NCBI GenBank assembly: GCA_977030845.1
Contig: OZ365114.1
Span: 18,724,001-18,788,000, forward strand
Source of the DNA: Fimbriosthenelais zetlandica
Taxonomy: Eukaryota
Length of the DNA stretch: 64,000 nt
Reading direction: 5' to 3'
Made by a program: the position numbers and the translations under genes. The notes beneath the pieces are model-generated. The model was not told the DNA's origin and did not search any database. It saw only the letters and a program-made list of their open reading frames with translations. Positions 41,501-56,500 of this stretch are shown here, in pieces; positions within the stretch are counted from its first letter, which is position 1; every line of letters starts with the position of its first letter.

Positions 41501-44500
41501 AGGAAGACTATCTGTCAATGGGTCTCAAGTGCCGGTTAATAAAACGGTTCCTTTTGCATAATTGATAATCAACAAAATGTAATCAACTCATGTTTAAGCA
41601 AGAATTGAAATCATTATCGATAAAAGAAAACAAACGCAATATCATGAATAGAAAAAATAATAAATTATGCTAAACAAGGATAAATCTTAGAATTATATTA
41701 AATAATTTTTGAATTACATAGAAGTAAATTATATCTTTAAAGAGTTTGTCTGGCCAAAGGAGACCTACCAGTTGCATATGGACGTGAGCAGGGTCTTGGG
41801 TTCACATTTAGATCCGTCATCACTGAAAGTCCTGCAATCTGAAAATAATGGAAGGAATAACATGAAGTTTTACAATCATGGATTGTGAGGGAAAACATGA
41901 TTATTGCCATAATTATGCAAAACACTTACTTCAAAAGCTCTCTTAGCGTCTTGAAGAATAACACAGTCATCCGTTGGTGGATTTATTTCAGGCAGACGCT
42001 TGGCAATTCGGTTATATAGCTGAAGGTAGAGATATGAAAAGTTCTGTAGTGCAATCATTGTGGTATTGTTACAGATACAGATAGATACAGATAAATGAAC
42101 CTGCGTTGAATATGGCTGCTGGATGTTATATTATTATTAGAGCAAATTCCCCCAAGTGTCACTGCAAGAGGATTTGTATCTTAATAATTACCAGACATGA
42201 AAAGAATAACAACTGTTATCTTGTTGCATATATTATATGCAATTAATAAAAAGGGGGAAAAATAAGACAGGTCTCTAGTCTATACGAACAAACAATTTAG
42301 AATTATTTTCGTATTTTTCTCCAATTGGGGCGATTTGATTAATGCCTTCAACGAAAGCCATTGTTTCGTGAGGCAGTTGTCATCTAGTCTTTTGACTTTT
42401 CCTTTTTATTTTCCGAACAATGACTGAACGTGGCTATAATTATGCTGCAGACGTTCTTGGGGAACAGCACCATAATTGTGGATCCAGTAGGGAGGTCTTT
42501 AATCAAGGTACCGCCATTTAAACAACTTGATTCACGTCACTGTCAATTAACAGCGATGCACACGCTAATAGCCAGCAATGTGGGAGCTAATAGCTAACCT
42601 ACATGCTCCTCTTTACTTGATAACTCTTAATTTTTTTTTTCATGAAAGACAAAAAATACTTTTGCCATGCTTTCTATTTATACATTACTCTGTATTATCA
42701 CATCACATGAAAGTACTGGCATGAGTAAAACACTTTGTGTTTTTCTTGTGTCTTTTTGATAGATGATCACCCCCAATAGAAGACAATTAGATACCAATCT
42801 TCCCTTTATCTGTCATGAAGAAGGGATTCCCTTCCTTAATGCTGAATAAATAGCCTTCTTTATCCAAAGTTCTCAGAATTCAACGATTTTACAATCTATT
42901 GTCTTATCTGTTGTCAAAAAATTTAAGTGATCCTTTCGCTCCATTAACTATCGGCGCCTAGTCGAGAATGAAACCAGAGCGAAGGTTTCACAGCCCAAGT
43001 ATAGCCTGGTCATAATTCACCTACACAGGGCCCAGTTGCTGCAGCTGGCAAGCACGCTTAATCCCGAAGGCATTATACCAGCAACTGCATGGTTGCATCT
43101 GTGCCACTTGGTCTATTGGTTTATAACAGCATAACCAGCTTGTTGCTGGTGCAGGTGGTGGCTGATATAATGTTACAAATTCACCGTTTTTCTACCTTGG
43201 TTAAGATGAATGTACCCCTGTCCAGTGAGGAGGCGAGGGTATTCATCAGCGAGCCTCGTGCGTGTAAGTAGTGAATGCTTGCGCTTTTCTTCTTGGCTAT
43301 TATCTCACCAAGGACAATCGATCTGTGCTAATTCCCCACCAAAGTTACAGTATCTTCTGTCAGCGAATAAAAGGAGCAAAATCATGGTATATCCTTGTGG
43401 ATATCCAGATGTCAGCTCGAGTTATTGCCGAGTTTGAAACGTGTCGTAAGGATCAAGAAAGTCTTGATGAAACTTTTGTTGAAAAGGACATAGATTTGAT
43501 ATTATTTTATAGCCTATGGCTAACATAGTTTAGACTTAAATTAGGCTTTCAGCCATAAAACTGCGGTAATCAATATGGCTTCTTATATGTATATCCCATG
43601 CTTTATATCCTTGTTGATAAAGCAGCTGATAGAAAGGCCAAACTATTTGGCCAAGTGTGGAATGCCCTGAGGATTATCTTTCCTCGAAGCATTCCAACAT
43701 CACTCGCATGCATGACCGTAAAACCTGTTCAATTCAACGAAAGATCTCTTTCAAAATTGTACAATCAAGTATAAAAGGTCCTCAAACATGCACACATAAT
43801 TAGGAACATAGAGCTGCTCTGTTGATGAGTGGAAAAAAGTGAAAAAATGGAGGTCACGTGACTTATATTTTAACTTTTACTTTTAAATATTCTTGTATTT
43901 TCTGTCTCTGGTTTTCTTCTGAGATCTATCTATCTTGCTCGGTTGCCTATCGAGATAACCTCTTACAAGTAAAAAGCTCAAAGGGAAAGGTTGTACCTTG
44001 TCGATATCAAGATAAGAGGGTTCCTCCATAGCGTGCACGCTCCTATCCACCACTCCGATAGCACAAAAAGACCCAGGCTCAGCCTTTATCTCCATGGTAA
44101 CATTATCACCAGGGTAGGGATCACCAGAACCGGAAGTGGGTCGTACAGCCAGCGACACCTGGTATGTGGACAGGCAAACTATATATAATTCTGTCCTTTA
44201 CAAAAGATTGACTGTGCTTTTGACTTTTTACATGAATTCTGTCAGCAAACGTTCTCTCACATTTTGAATATATTACGTGAAACTTTGTTAAGAAATTGAT
44301 CATTTTAAATGTGCAGATTCTCGTTTATAAGCTTTAGGTAGATATAATATAGTATTAAAAGTAAATGGTAATTACTAACGTTATGGCTGTAGCACGGTGA
44401 AGTGTCAAGTCTTATGACGTCAGAAACAACTTCGCCTCCGTCAGTAACATAATAGAGTAGGAGATGAGATTTGGGAGGTAAAGGTCGAGATGCTCGAACA

Positions 44501-47500
44501 TCCAGCATGAAGTGATGTGGAATCACCTCTATATCATAGTCAGATCCCAATGACTCATCTGAAATACAATTTCACATCAGTATATTTTGCGTCTTATAAC
44601 ATCTCTAGTTTCATGAAAAGTGTGAAGTTTTCTGGCTAAGATTTCTCTTACCTGCTTCCAAGACAGCATTGAGTGAGTATTCTCGGCAGGGAATCCATGA
44701 TTTGCTTATAATGGGTTGGAATCGGGCTACTTCACCATGAATATTATAATGCATGTCATATAGAGTCTTGTCACCCCCTCTGCTGTCACTACATCTACGA
44801 TATGAGAATGGAATGGGGTTCGTTCTGGGGAAGTATATTCCCAATGTGTCCCCTTCTGCCACCCTGAAAATTAAAAAGATACACATGAATTATAGGCCTA
44901 ATGGACTTTAGGTATATGTTGTGGCTTCAGATAAGATTCCTGATACTAATTGCTGAAGATAATTACCTTATCCTCTCATGCCCCTCCAGAGCTTTTACGT
45001 ATTTCCCTCGGTCGTTGTAAGCAATTCTAGTCTGTCCTACAAGGATGTATGTTGAACCTACAGCTGAATCCTTCCTCCAAACCTAATTATCAGGTCACAA
45101 AAACGAAATCATCAATATAGGCCAATCTTCTAGCATAGCGACATCTCTTATTGCATGCGTGTTTTGCTCAGTGCTCTCATAGGGCTCAGTGCTGTAATAG
45201 GGCTCTTCAACTATGCACAATTAAGATGTCGATGGGTATAATTAATATTTCTGTCTTCTTAGACCTATAATGAAGACTATTATACATAAACTATGGAACA
45301 GGCCTACCTGTAAGTAAATAGGTTCATGTGATGAACCATGCACCCGTGGGTTTGAGTAGAAGCTCCATCGTACTATATGGCCATGTTGAGAAATTGTTTT
45401 ATAGGGATTTGGTATGACTGACACATTCATCCATCGGTCGGTATACTTTCTTGAGACAATTTCATCGCCAACATCTATGTGCTCTTCCAAGAAAAAAGGT
45501 GCATAATTCAGTGATATGATTATGAATGTTGTCTGCGATGCACATTATGTTATCCAAAACTTTAGGTTAAAAAATGTGGGCTGTTATATATGAATCTTTC
45601 CGATATTAGTTTCACAAGAAAATAGTACAGTCTCAGAAGAGAATGACATTGAAAGAGACAGAAAATCTACATCTTTGTACCTATATGCCTGTGACCTGGT
45701 GGACTAACAGCATAGGCAGCTTGTGTGTGGATGATATGGTCTATACTTCCAGTGTCCAAAACTCCTCTATTTGCCAGCACCTACAACAATTCAGTTAGTT
45801 AGGTTAACACAGTCATACCACCATTATTATCATCTATCACCATTATCATCATCTAGATATAAAGTCTCATTGGTAAGACCCTACATGCTTACTTGATAGT
45901 GGAATCTAATGTTGCCGCCGTCACGAGGTGGCATGATGACTGTGGTGTTGATGGTAAGAGAGTTGATACAGGTACCCAGGTGATGCTGGGACTCCATCTG
46001 GACGTAACTGTTGGAAGGGGAATACCAAGCATGAACAGTGAACTCCACGGCTTCTGTTGACTTCAGCAGCATCCGTTTAGTATAGCGGGTGGAACCTTGT
46101 GCCTGTAAATATAATAACAAGATGTTCATGACAGTAACTCCCAAACCAAACGAATGTAAAGAACATCAATGTAATCAAGTACTTCATATGTTACATGAGT
46201 GATGATATCCACTAAGTTAAACAAAATGCCCTATCAAAGATGATTTATGCAAAGCCTTGCATTCCCATAGCAGCTCCATATAAATCATTGCACACGTTGT
46301 GAACAGTCTGCAATAGATGGCAATGTAGTTACCGACCAGTTTATGATAGCAATATATGCTGGCTGACAGTCAAGATACCTCTTGATATCCCTGTATGTCA
46401 GCTTGGATCTTGAAGCGATCCATGGACTTGCTGAGTTGCCCCGACAGAGGGGATCAGGGGATGTAGTACTTCCCAGATGGGAGACACTCATTTGTCTTCA
46501 GGGGCGTAGTGTCCTTTTCGGGCAACATTCCCCCTTGCACCATGGAAGTTTATTTCTTGTAAATCTCTGACCGACAAGATAGTTTGAAATGTCAACCCTT
46601 ACCAATTGTTTTTGCTGCACATCCTATTATTTGTACAAGAAATGGCACTGTGTGATTCAACATAACATAGCCATGCTCATTTGAAAAGCCTCAGTATGCC
46701 TGAGGCTTTCCACCAGTGATGTTTTTCAAGTACCCAATGTTTCAAGGGCCCTTTGAGTGTGGTAAGTGCCCCCACACCTCCTTGGAACTCCCATGTTTGT
46801 GAGCACAGTCATGGGTCTAGGATTTCCCTTACAGATGCCCGGGGGACAGCGAGTCTTAAGAGAGGACTAGGGAATCACCTAGTTCCTGGCAGAGACCCAG
46901 CTATAATGAATGCAGAAGCATGACAGATGCCACTCCCCATATTCCTTCCTGGGCAGCAAGGGAATTCATATATGCCCAAAATGGACCCCAGGACCATGAA
47001 TTAACAATAGTATGCGTGATAGAAATGGGGAATAAAACAGATTATGTCTTATATGTAAAGAAGGGCATCATTCTATGATGCAGTAAGGAGGCCAGAGGGA
47101 AAAAGGTGTCAAGAGTTACCCCTCTAAAATTATTTTATATGGTGTATGCTCTATACCCAGCTTTGTCATTACCATGCTTCCATATAGAAAAGGACTTCAT
47201 AAATTCCAACGATGAATAGCTCAGTTCATGTAAATTCGATATTTATCGCCAAACACGAACAAATTGGTGCCATAAACTGCGATCAATTTGGCAAAGCATA
47301 CATCTTTCCCACTTATACCTGCATATATTTTGAGATATAATATATTCATGAATGATAAACTTTTTATTCTAGTTCAGAAGGAAGAATTGGATGGATATTA
47401 TTCCCATTATTCACTGCGTTCTCAGTAAGCTAACCCTTTGTTAGGAGGACTGTCCCGTGATTAGGGTTGTTCATTCACAACTTGAGTGTGCCGACGTATG

Positions 47501-50500
47501 GCGAGCAATCAGGATTAATGTTGGATCCTAATGAGGTTACATTGTTGGGGTGAGAAATCATAGTCTTCAATGTTAGGGTACATATTATGCAGAGGTAGTT
47601 CACTTCTTTGGTACCTCCTAATTCCAGATGATAGGAACTAGTCATTTCCTTTGCCAGTAGGGAATTCTCTCTTCAAGCAGCAGTCGTTACAAATTGTATG
47701 TGTGGAGCCTGCTTATGTTAGAGAAGAAATATGGTCATTGGAATCCATGATTAATTAAGGAAACTGTCAACAAAGACTCAGCGACTAATTTGCACTATAA
47801 TTGGACCATTCTTGGCTCGTTTACAGTATTGTGCCATACAGATCCAAGACCCTGTTGAGAAATCAGTGTGGGGCATTCAAGCCGTTTTAGGGCTTTTGCT
47901 TCCGTCCGCCATCTTAATCAGCCACAAAAAGGATGTCCTCTTTATACAGTTATTTTCCTCCTTGATAACATTTTAGCCCCTGAGGCCGTGAATTTTTAAG
48001 TTGATGCTCAAATAATTAATCCCAGTGGAGTTTCTGCCTGTGCTTTGGTTCGGGAGTGGATTAAAGGAATAAAAAGGGAGATAAAGAAGACGGTGAATCT
48101 TCCAAACGTAAATAGTACTCCTATACAGACGTTTTTGTTCAAGGCAGACAAGATTAAAAAAAGGGTACATTTTGTAATGACTGCTGAGGCTTAATTAAAA
48201 AAAACATCCTGACTCCATCCATGTAATCTCATTAGAAATGAAAACGTTTTTTATATTCTTTCATAAACTGATCTCTTCTGCTACATAAATGTGATTGATG
48301 TTTTTGACATTAAACACTGTAGATAACAAGATAGATGAGGAGCCTAGTGATAATCAAAGCAATTCAATCTTGTTCCTTGCGATGATCACTTGATTTAGAT
48401 GTTACATCCTAGGCTCTAACAAAAGTGAGTTATCGTTCCTTGCCAGTAGTGGCGACACCCTGGGCATAAATGGAGGAAAATACTGTTGTATCTTTTCTTT
48501 GATCATGAAGAGCGAAATACTTTTAATGAGAATTATAAGAAAAAAAACATCGTAGATAATGCTGGCGGATATTTCATAGTAATAGGAATGAACATAGCTT
48601 GCCATTGCAAGCGGCGAGCATTAGAGGAGAAATTCCCATTAGACATAACAGCAAATAGAATCTATATAGCATATATTACCTCGTATGTCTTGATGTGCAA
48701 CAGTCTCGATTTTAAGTTAACTGGATTTGCATACATCTAAATGTTAGTGTCAATTTGGATATGAATTGGGCATAGGGGAGCTTGGTAGATTTTTTTCTAT
48801 TCTATATTATATACTATTATGATAGAGAGGATTTCATCTGGTTCAGCTCTCTCGGGCTTTGAACAACAGTGCGTCTGATTGTTCAATATATAACGTTATA
48901 CTGGATCATTAGGTTGTGAATGTTTATGATTATTTCGCCTCAATTTACGCCCAGTATCTTTTTGCTGGACGTAATGTGAGGCATATAATATATTTTCACA
49001 TTTCACTGGCAAGTCCAATGAAGTCTCCACTAAGCAGTTCCCGACCATACTGGTACCAATGCAATTGGCTGTCCTCTGCAGCGATTCGGCTGGCACAATA
49101 AGCCAATGTTTGTGGGCAGAATATATATATCCATAATAGATGGGCGTCACATACACACAAAATCGGAGATAACAATCGCAATATGATTTAAGGTGAAAAG
49201 CTATGCCCTTTCTCTGTTATAAATCAGACAGAGCTATGACCTTCCTTACCCTCAGTTTGAAGCTGTTAACCTTTTTAGAGAGCTTGGGTAATGTGAAGAG
49301 CACTTCCCCTTTGGCGTCGGCTGAATAGGTCACTCTATAACGTAATTTCTTTTGTCCATCAGGTGGATCTCCATCGTGCCACACCGTCAGTGCCAGTTTA
49401 GCCCCTTCAGCTGGCTCACCGCTCAGAAATTTTAGCACCACCTGAAAAGAGATCCCATGTTGATTAACCAATGTAAATCATTGATGCCTGGCAGCAAGGC
49501 CCTATTTTGCCCTCAACTTGTACTGCCCTCCATCCCTGTACTTCTTTGATCATTTGGGAGAGGTTGGAAAGAAAAAAAACTTTACTGGATCCGTAACTGA
49601 AATGAAAAGCGATCACTAAAGCAAACTTTGAGATTTACAGATCTTTTTGTGAGGACTTGAAGGATATTGCCTGCTGCCTCAGTTAATGGGAATATTGATT
49701 GGAGGCCAGAGAAATGTGAAGCAAAACGCCATATATTTTCATCTCTGCCTGAGGTGTATGTCAGAATTTATGGCTTGTTTCGTCACATATCTGGATGATC
49801 CCTATTGCTTTTGCTTATATATATATATATCATTTCCAAATCTAATTACACTTATGGAGTCCCTAGTGATTTACACTCATGTTTTAATTAGCAGCCGTGG
49901 CAATGTTCTTCGGGATATGATATTTGAATTCAAAGATTAATATTGGACTTTCGTAGGCATGTTGTATTTATGAATTCTTTAATGTCTCAAACCTACCTTT
50001 CCCGAATATGGTATGCCTGGTTTGAAGTAAGGAGCTGAGAATTTTTTCAAATCAACTGTGACACGTCCACCATTGGAATGTACAAGCTGTTTCCCAGATT
50101 GCATTGTAAGCCCTAAAAGGGGAAAGATCAAACATTAATGAAAGTAGGCCTACAATTAGCCACTGTAGAATGCTGATCGTTAACCACAGATATACAGAGC
50201 TGTATAATCATGCCTTATATTATAGAGTGAGATGAAGACCCCTTACCAGTATGGATGTCTGTAACGTTGGCATATACAGTAATACTGGAAAGTTCATTCG
50301 GCTTAGTAATGTCTGGATCCCATTTAATTAACGAATTCATGCAACCTTTGAGCTGGAATAATGGAAAAACAGATATAGGCTTATAAAACTTGAATACAGA
50401 AGTCATAATTTGGATGAGAGGAATTGTTTTGCTCCAGGAATACTACAGACTTTGCCTGTATATTTTGACTTTGTGTGCAAATCATGCCTTCCATCTTTGC

Positions 50501-53500
50501 ATTTTTTTTATCAAAGAGAAAGCCAGAATCATTTTTCATTTAATTCTGTTCAGCCTCATCTTATCAAAAAGGGGGAAATGAAATGTCTATTATTTATGAG
50601 TATTTTTCTTCTATGAGTTTCTATAATCGCCTTCATCCTTGGAAGATGAAATATTGCCTTGATGACACTTCCGGCGTGAGGAAAATAAAGATTTGCCTCA
50701 AGGGTCTTCAAAATGGATCGCTGTCAAAAGATCTTGGTAAGGGCTACCCGCTATTACATTGCACACATGAATTGGTTTCTTCAGATAAATTGAGATACCC
50801 ACACTGAATGAAGAAAACCAGCAGATCAATTTATTGCTATGGTGGAGTTTGTGATTTGGAGAAGAGTTTGTTGGCATGACACATTTGATAAAGATTATCC
50901 ATTCCAAGTGGTGTGAATATATCAGATGTAGAACAGATATGGAATAAATTAAAATGCTCTGGTTTTTGACAGATTCTGTCCATGACAGAATGTGAATGAT
51001 TTTATCCTATATTAGAAACATTTAAAGCTAGTTTGACTTACTTGCCCATATTTCCTTTGACATGATGTAGGACTGGTGCAGGTTACAAGCGTGTAATTCC
51101 CAACAACTGCCTTCCCATAAATATATCTGCAATATTCAGCATATATACAATCTTGAGGAACATTCCGCTTTTAAAATCCTGACCTAGACAAACGTTTGGG
51201 GCCTACACAGATTTAATGTTTAGCTAGATGTGTTGGTATGAATAATTATGAAGTGTCATTATGTCCTCTATTTTAATTTGTCCATAAAACTGACTTTGAA
51301 GTAAATTGTCAAATGTTTTATAATGCAATGTTATAACGTACTTTGCACATACACGGACAACAAAGCTACTGCCATCAGCCGGCAAGAATTTAGGTGCCTC
51401 GACAGTCGCTTCAAAGTCCGGGAGAACTGAAAAGAAGAGTAGACTATAATGTGTTTGTGGAATTATAAAATTATCTCAAGTCCTTTGCTACCACATGCTT
51501 GTAAAGATCCCATTTATTGAACGCATAAGTTATAAATATATTTACCATAATATGTGACTGTAAACAATTTCCTTTCTCGATAGTCTTTTTCTGTTTCGAC
51601 TATGAGTTTCCAGTTACCAATCGTTGTGTCTTCTGCCAGGGGATATTCAAGTTCTGCAAGACCTTCGGGCATAGATAAGGGAAAAAACGCATTAAGCATG
51701 AAACTATTGCATGAATGATAAATGTTCATTGTAAATGATAAACAACTACGTTGTGGATTTGTTGCATTATAATGTGTACTTGAAAGTGAACATGTTCCAG
51801 ACCAAAGCCATTTAAATTCCCAGTAGCAGAAGCCTTCCAAATAGGTCTGCACTATGCGCTATATGGACACTACTTCATTGTTGTACCAAAGCTCATCTTC
51901 GGAGCCTAAGATACAGAAATCCAATCAGCTTTGCCTCTATTTGCCTCCTACCTTGGGGCCCTGTGCAACTGATAAGGGATTTAAGAGATAAATGGCTGAG
52001 GATCTTTGAATTATACATACCCACTCTACTTCGCACATTTCTCCACTCTGTTAATCTATAGCCGTCAGGATCTTCAAGAAAGACCATAGTTATCTGCAAA
52101 ATAGAAAATTCATACTCATAATCTCATAATTTAGATTCAATACATTTATAAACACATTGTGTTTCCTCTCAAATTATGTCCCACCTCAAAGGTTGCGTTC
52201 ACTGGTAAGAATTTAACAGCATAATGGCTAACATGATGCAGGGAGGAACGAATTTCCTTTGAAAGGTTCAGAAGTTGGTATTAAGGATTGCCTTGTATAT
52301 TGCTGTCTAATCCTATGAAGAATGATATTCATTCCCATAGGCTATGAGGGTAAAGTAAATCGTCTGAAAATGGTAAGGTGATTGAACCATACATGGGGAA
52401 AAATATGGTTTTTATCTTTCAAGGAAAGTTCCTGATACCCATCTATTTTCCGTTGATCAATCTCCCTTCCATGATCCAAAGGTCAATGGTGGGACGTCCA
52501 AGTCTGCATGCATTGTCAGAACAGAATGATTTATGAGCACAATAAAACAAAGGGTAGACAGCCAGGGGAGTTCCCACGAGAACAAGGTGTTGCCCTTTTC
52601 TCTGATGTATATTTAAAACAAATAAAAGCACCACCTTCTTATGACGTCATAAAGAAAGAACTAATTTCAGAAAGATTTGGACAAAGCAATATGGACAATA
52701 CACAACTTATATTGTGGGCGGATTGGTTGCATGTGACCAAATGATAGTCTCTCACGAGTTCTTTGTTAAAAATGCATATCTTTTTTATTTTTCTGAATTA
52801 AAGAAAAGAAATAATTGATTATAATTGCCAAATTATTTCAAAATTATACCTGGAAGAACAGTTTTCACCATAGAGCTCCCACAAACGTGGATGTGATTAG
52901 GTACTCCAAGTGTAGATAAGTAGTACATTAGGAAGGGCGTGCCCGTCCAAAGTTCAGTTATTAAGCGCAATCAAAGCAATTGATTCAATGTTGGTAATGG
53001 TGAGACCTTGCCTCTATCATGTGAATGCTTGATATGGCCAGACTGCCGAATATTTCCCATGAGATCTGTACATTTCATTAAAAAGGAGATTAAAATTATT
53101 TTCCCATGAGTCTGCTGTCTAGGGACAGAACAAACCTTTCTGAATAATTCAAGATTAGACATTAATTCTGAAACTGTTCAATTCCCTTAGAAATGTCATG
53201 AAAGCGCATTTCTCAATTCATTTTATGAAAAATCATCGTGCCTCTACAAGTAGAAATGTTTAGAACTGTCCTCCTAGCTTCCTTACCCTTCGCTGCTTTA
53301 CAATCACATTATTACTAATGTGCGCAATATTGTCTAAGGGCAATGAGATTCGATATCTTCTATCTCTGTGCCACGGAGAATAATCAAATAATTACTGTCT
53401 AGGACAGTTTTATGCCTGAGGCCAATGAGCGTATGATTCCATGGAATATATCCACCCTTGTAATAGGCATTGGGAGTATATTTAAATCAAATCTGTAGCA

Positions 53501-56500
53501 GCCTCGGTCAGCCATCTAATCAGCAATTTCTAACGAGAATAGATTCAAGATGTAGGTAACATACATGACTTCAGACAACATGTTTCCTATGGTAATATGC
53601 ACTACAATAGGTCAATATGACCGTACTCATGTATCCACTATAGGCAATTCCATTTGATGCTATGATAAATTCCTTTTGTCATGACATGAAAATGGATATT
53701 TTCATCAGTTACTGTAGTGATATTGATATCACTCATACGATTCTTTGTTATATAGCTGACATGGCAAAGCAACATAAAAAGTACGCTTTTGACTGGGCTC
53801 TCTAATTGCTGAATCAATTCATGGATCAAAAGAGGCCTATAAAAGCTACATACAGGTTTATATTAGGTTTCCTATCCTTTTTTCTCCCATGATAATGACA
53901 TTGTATGTTGTATTTTGCCTTATATAAAATGTTGAATTGTAGAAACAACAGCAGAGCTCCTCCTGTAGTTTGTTCATTCAATTTTGATGGAGAGTTGCCT
54001 GGCTTTCTAACCGAAATCTTATGGAATCTCACGGAATCACTTCAGATTCTTCCTCTTCAAGCTATGGTCTCATTGCTTTGGTATCTACTCCCCCTCCCAT
54101 CTGATAAATTGCTGCAGTCTGAAATGTTCATTAAATCAACCGCAGAAGTACTGGGTCCTCATCTCTATTTCGAATGTAATTGCTTCCTGAAAGTCCACTT
54201 CCATATCAGCATCTATTGGTCAACTCCTACTATTCTGTTCAATACATATCTATTCACGATCCCCGTGTAGCCAGGCCCCTTTAAACAGGAAAGGAACGGT
54301 GAAGCTCACCACAGCACATTAGAAGTTAATGTGCTGCAAATTAAAGCAGATCCTCAAGACACTGAAAATCCATTATTCCGATAGATAAGATAGAAGTGAC
54401 AAAAGGACACAGTACATTGAGCAGCACTTTCTGTGGTAAAAGTTGGCAGTCTTTAATACAGGTGTTTGTGAGGGATTAAGCATCCACTGTACCGATTGAT
54501 CGAGCAGTACAGCCTCACACAAATCGGGAACCCTATCATGCAGCTTTTTTCTTCTTCCAAGCAGCAGACTTTCAGAATCTAATTTCATTCGTGATTCCCT
54601 TCACTTACTTTACAATGATCATTTCGCCTGCTGTATCGAGTAGGGAAAAATGATCCTGTCTGAAGCTAGTGCTATGATCGAAGCCAGATTCCAATTAGAT
54701 GTTCTGCACAATGTTCTAACAAAGAAAATCAGTCTGTTCCTAATTCCTGACATCATTATCTGCGATAAGAATAGACTTTCTTCCTCCTTGATGATTTGGG
54801 AACAATGCATTCCCATAAAGATATCATCAACGGAATTGAACGAAATGATGTTCTAAAACTTAGAGTATGCATACTCATGGTGCCATATTTTGAATAATCT
54901 TGATTATTGTTTCTCAGGATGGAATTAATCCATTCCATTGTCGTTAGAATAATGGAAATGATGATGGAGTCATTATACATTCCAGGAAGCTTTCCGTCCA
55001 ACGGTTTTTGCGAAAGACCGTTATTAGCATTCTCAAGCCATTGGCAACGATTATCTTCACTGAATGTGATTAATTCTCGTTTAAAAATCAATGGCTTCTG
55101 AGTTTAAAATAAATGTGAAGAATTATGATTGGAAATCCTTACAAAAGCCATATAAGCTGGTCATGTTTGTCTGAATCTGTATCCTATTTCTAACCCCTCG
55201 TATATATAATACATACCTCAATATTAAAAACCAATAACAGACCGAGAATGGGAAACAGAATCTCATGAAACTTTATCCCTTGGAAAAATATAAGTATCTA
55301 CTGATGATAACCCGAAATATTTTCCAACATTAGATGTACGTCCTGAACAATACAGCAAGAATTTGCTTCTTTGTTGTGATTGTATTGTGCACTGCATTCT
55401 TGAATCAAATGGATGTAAAAAGCTGCGAGTAACTCTAAAAATTTAATGATGTTTTGTTTAGTGTACCCACATATTTGAGGCCTTCATATACACACTTTCT
55501 GATCTCAATAAATCATAATTACATAGACATTAAGATCTAGATTTTCCGGAAAAAAAATCAGGGGAGGACAAGAATATAATTTTCCTCTGTGTGGAAACTA
55601 AACTACACATAATATATATATTTGCTTTAATCTCTGTGCAGCTGAAGGACAAAGCCACACTGGGCTATCCTTTCGCTTAGGGGATGTTTTATTTTAATTG
55701 GGGAACATGATACAGCTGTCATAGAACCCCCATGCATTGCCTATGATAATGTTTCCAAGAGGACAACACTGTGAATAAAAGGTTTCAGGCAATATCTCTC
55801 AGACATCACAAATGGTCCTCGATTTCCAGATAACAAGCTTCATGTGTAGTGAATATATATGCTCTTGTTTCTATGATTTGCCCCCGTATTCTGTCTAGAA
55901 ATGTCAGAGCCTTTTCCTTCAGACTTTCAAAAGAATAATTAGGTCCATTTATAGATTGAAAGACTTCTTTACTCTATAATGCATGGTTCAAATCAAGAAG
56001 GACACATTTCACATATGTATTCCTAAAAAAAACTTAGTTATTATCCCGATATTCCCCTGCTCTTGTAATTCTTCATAGTATAAATGTATCTAGCCGTAGG
56101 TTAGGGGAAACATTTATACTCACATTTTCTTCTCGAGGCCGCAAGTCCAACGTTACAGACAATATTCGTATCCGTACTGAAAAGATGAATAAGATCAGTT
56201 AGTATATATGTACACAACATTTATGTTGAACAACATAATATAACAAAACAATTACTACAACAAAATCGTAAGATATGGGTAATAATTCATGCTGGTGTAC
56301 AAGTATTATGAAAGTGAATTTGACGTCTTTTTTTCCTCATGATCTCTGCCAAAAAAGTGTCAGAGCAAGTTAAACCATCATTCAAAGAAAACGTTCCCCT
56401 TAACGTTCCCCCAATCTACCAACGTAGCCAAGAAATAGCAATTTATCTCTCATAGAATGACAACAATTAACATAGAAATTGCTGACATAGATCAAGGTAA

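Noticed and set aside
43089-43528. Overlapping plus-strand ORFs suggesting a nested gene or pseudogene
   Set aside because: The minus strand reads ELTSGYPQGYTMILLLLF, a LINE RT motif, so the plus ORFs are antisense by-products.
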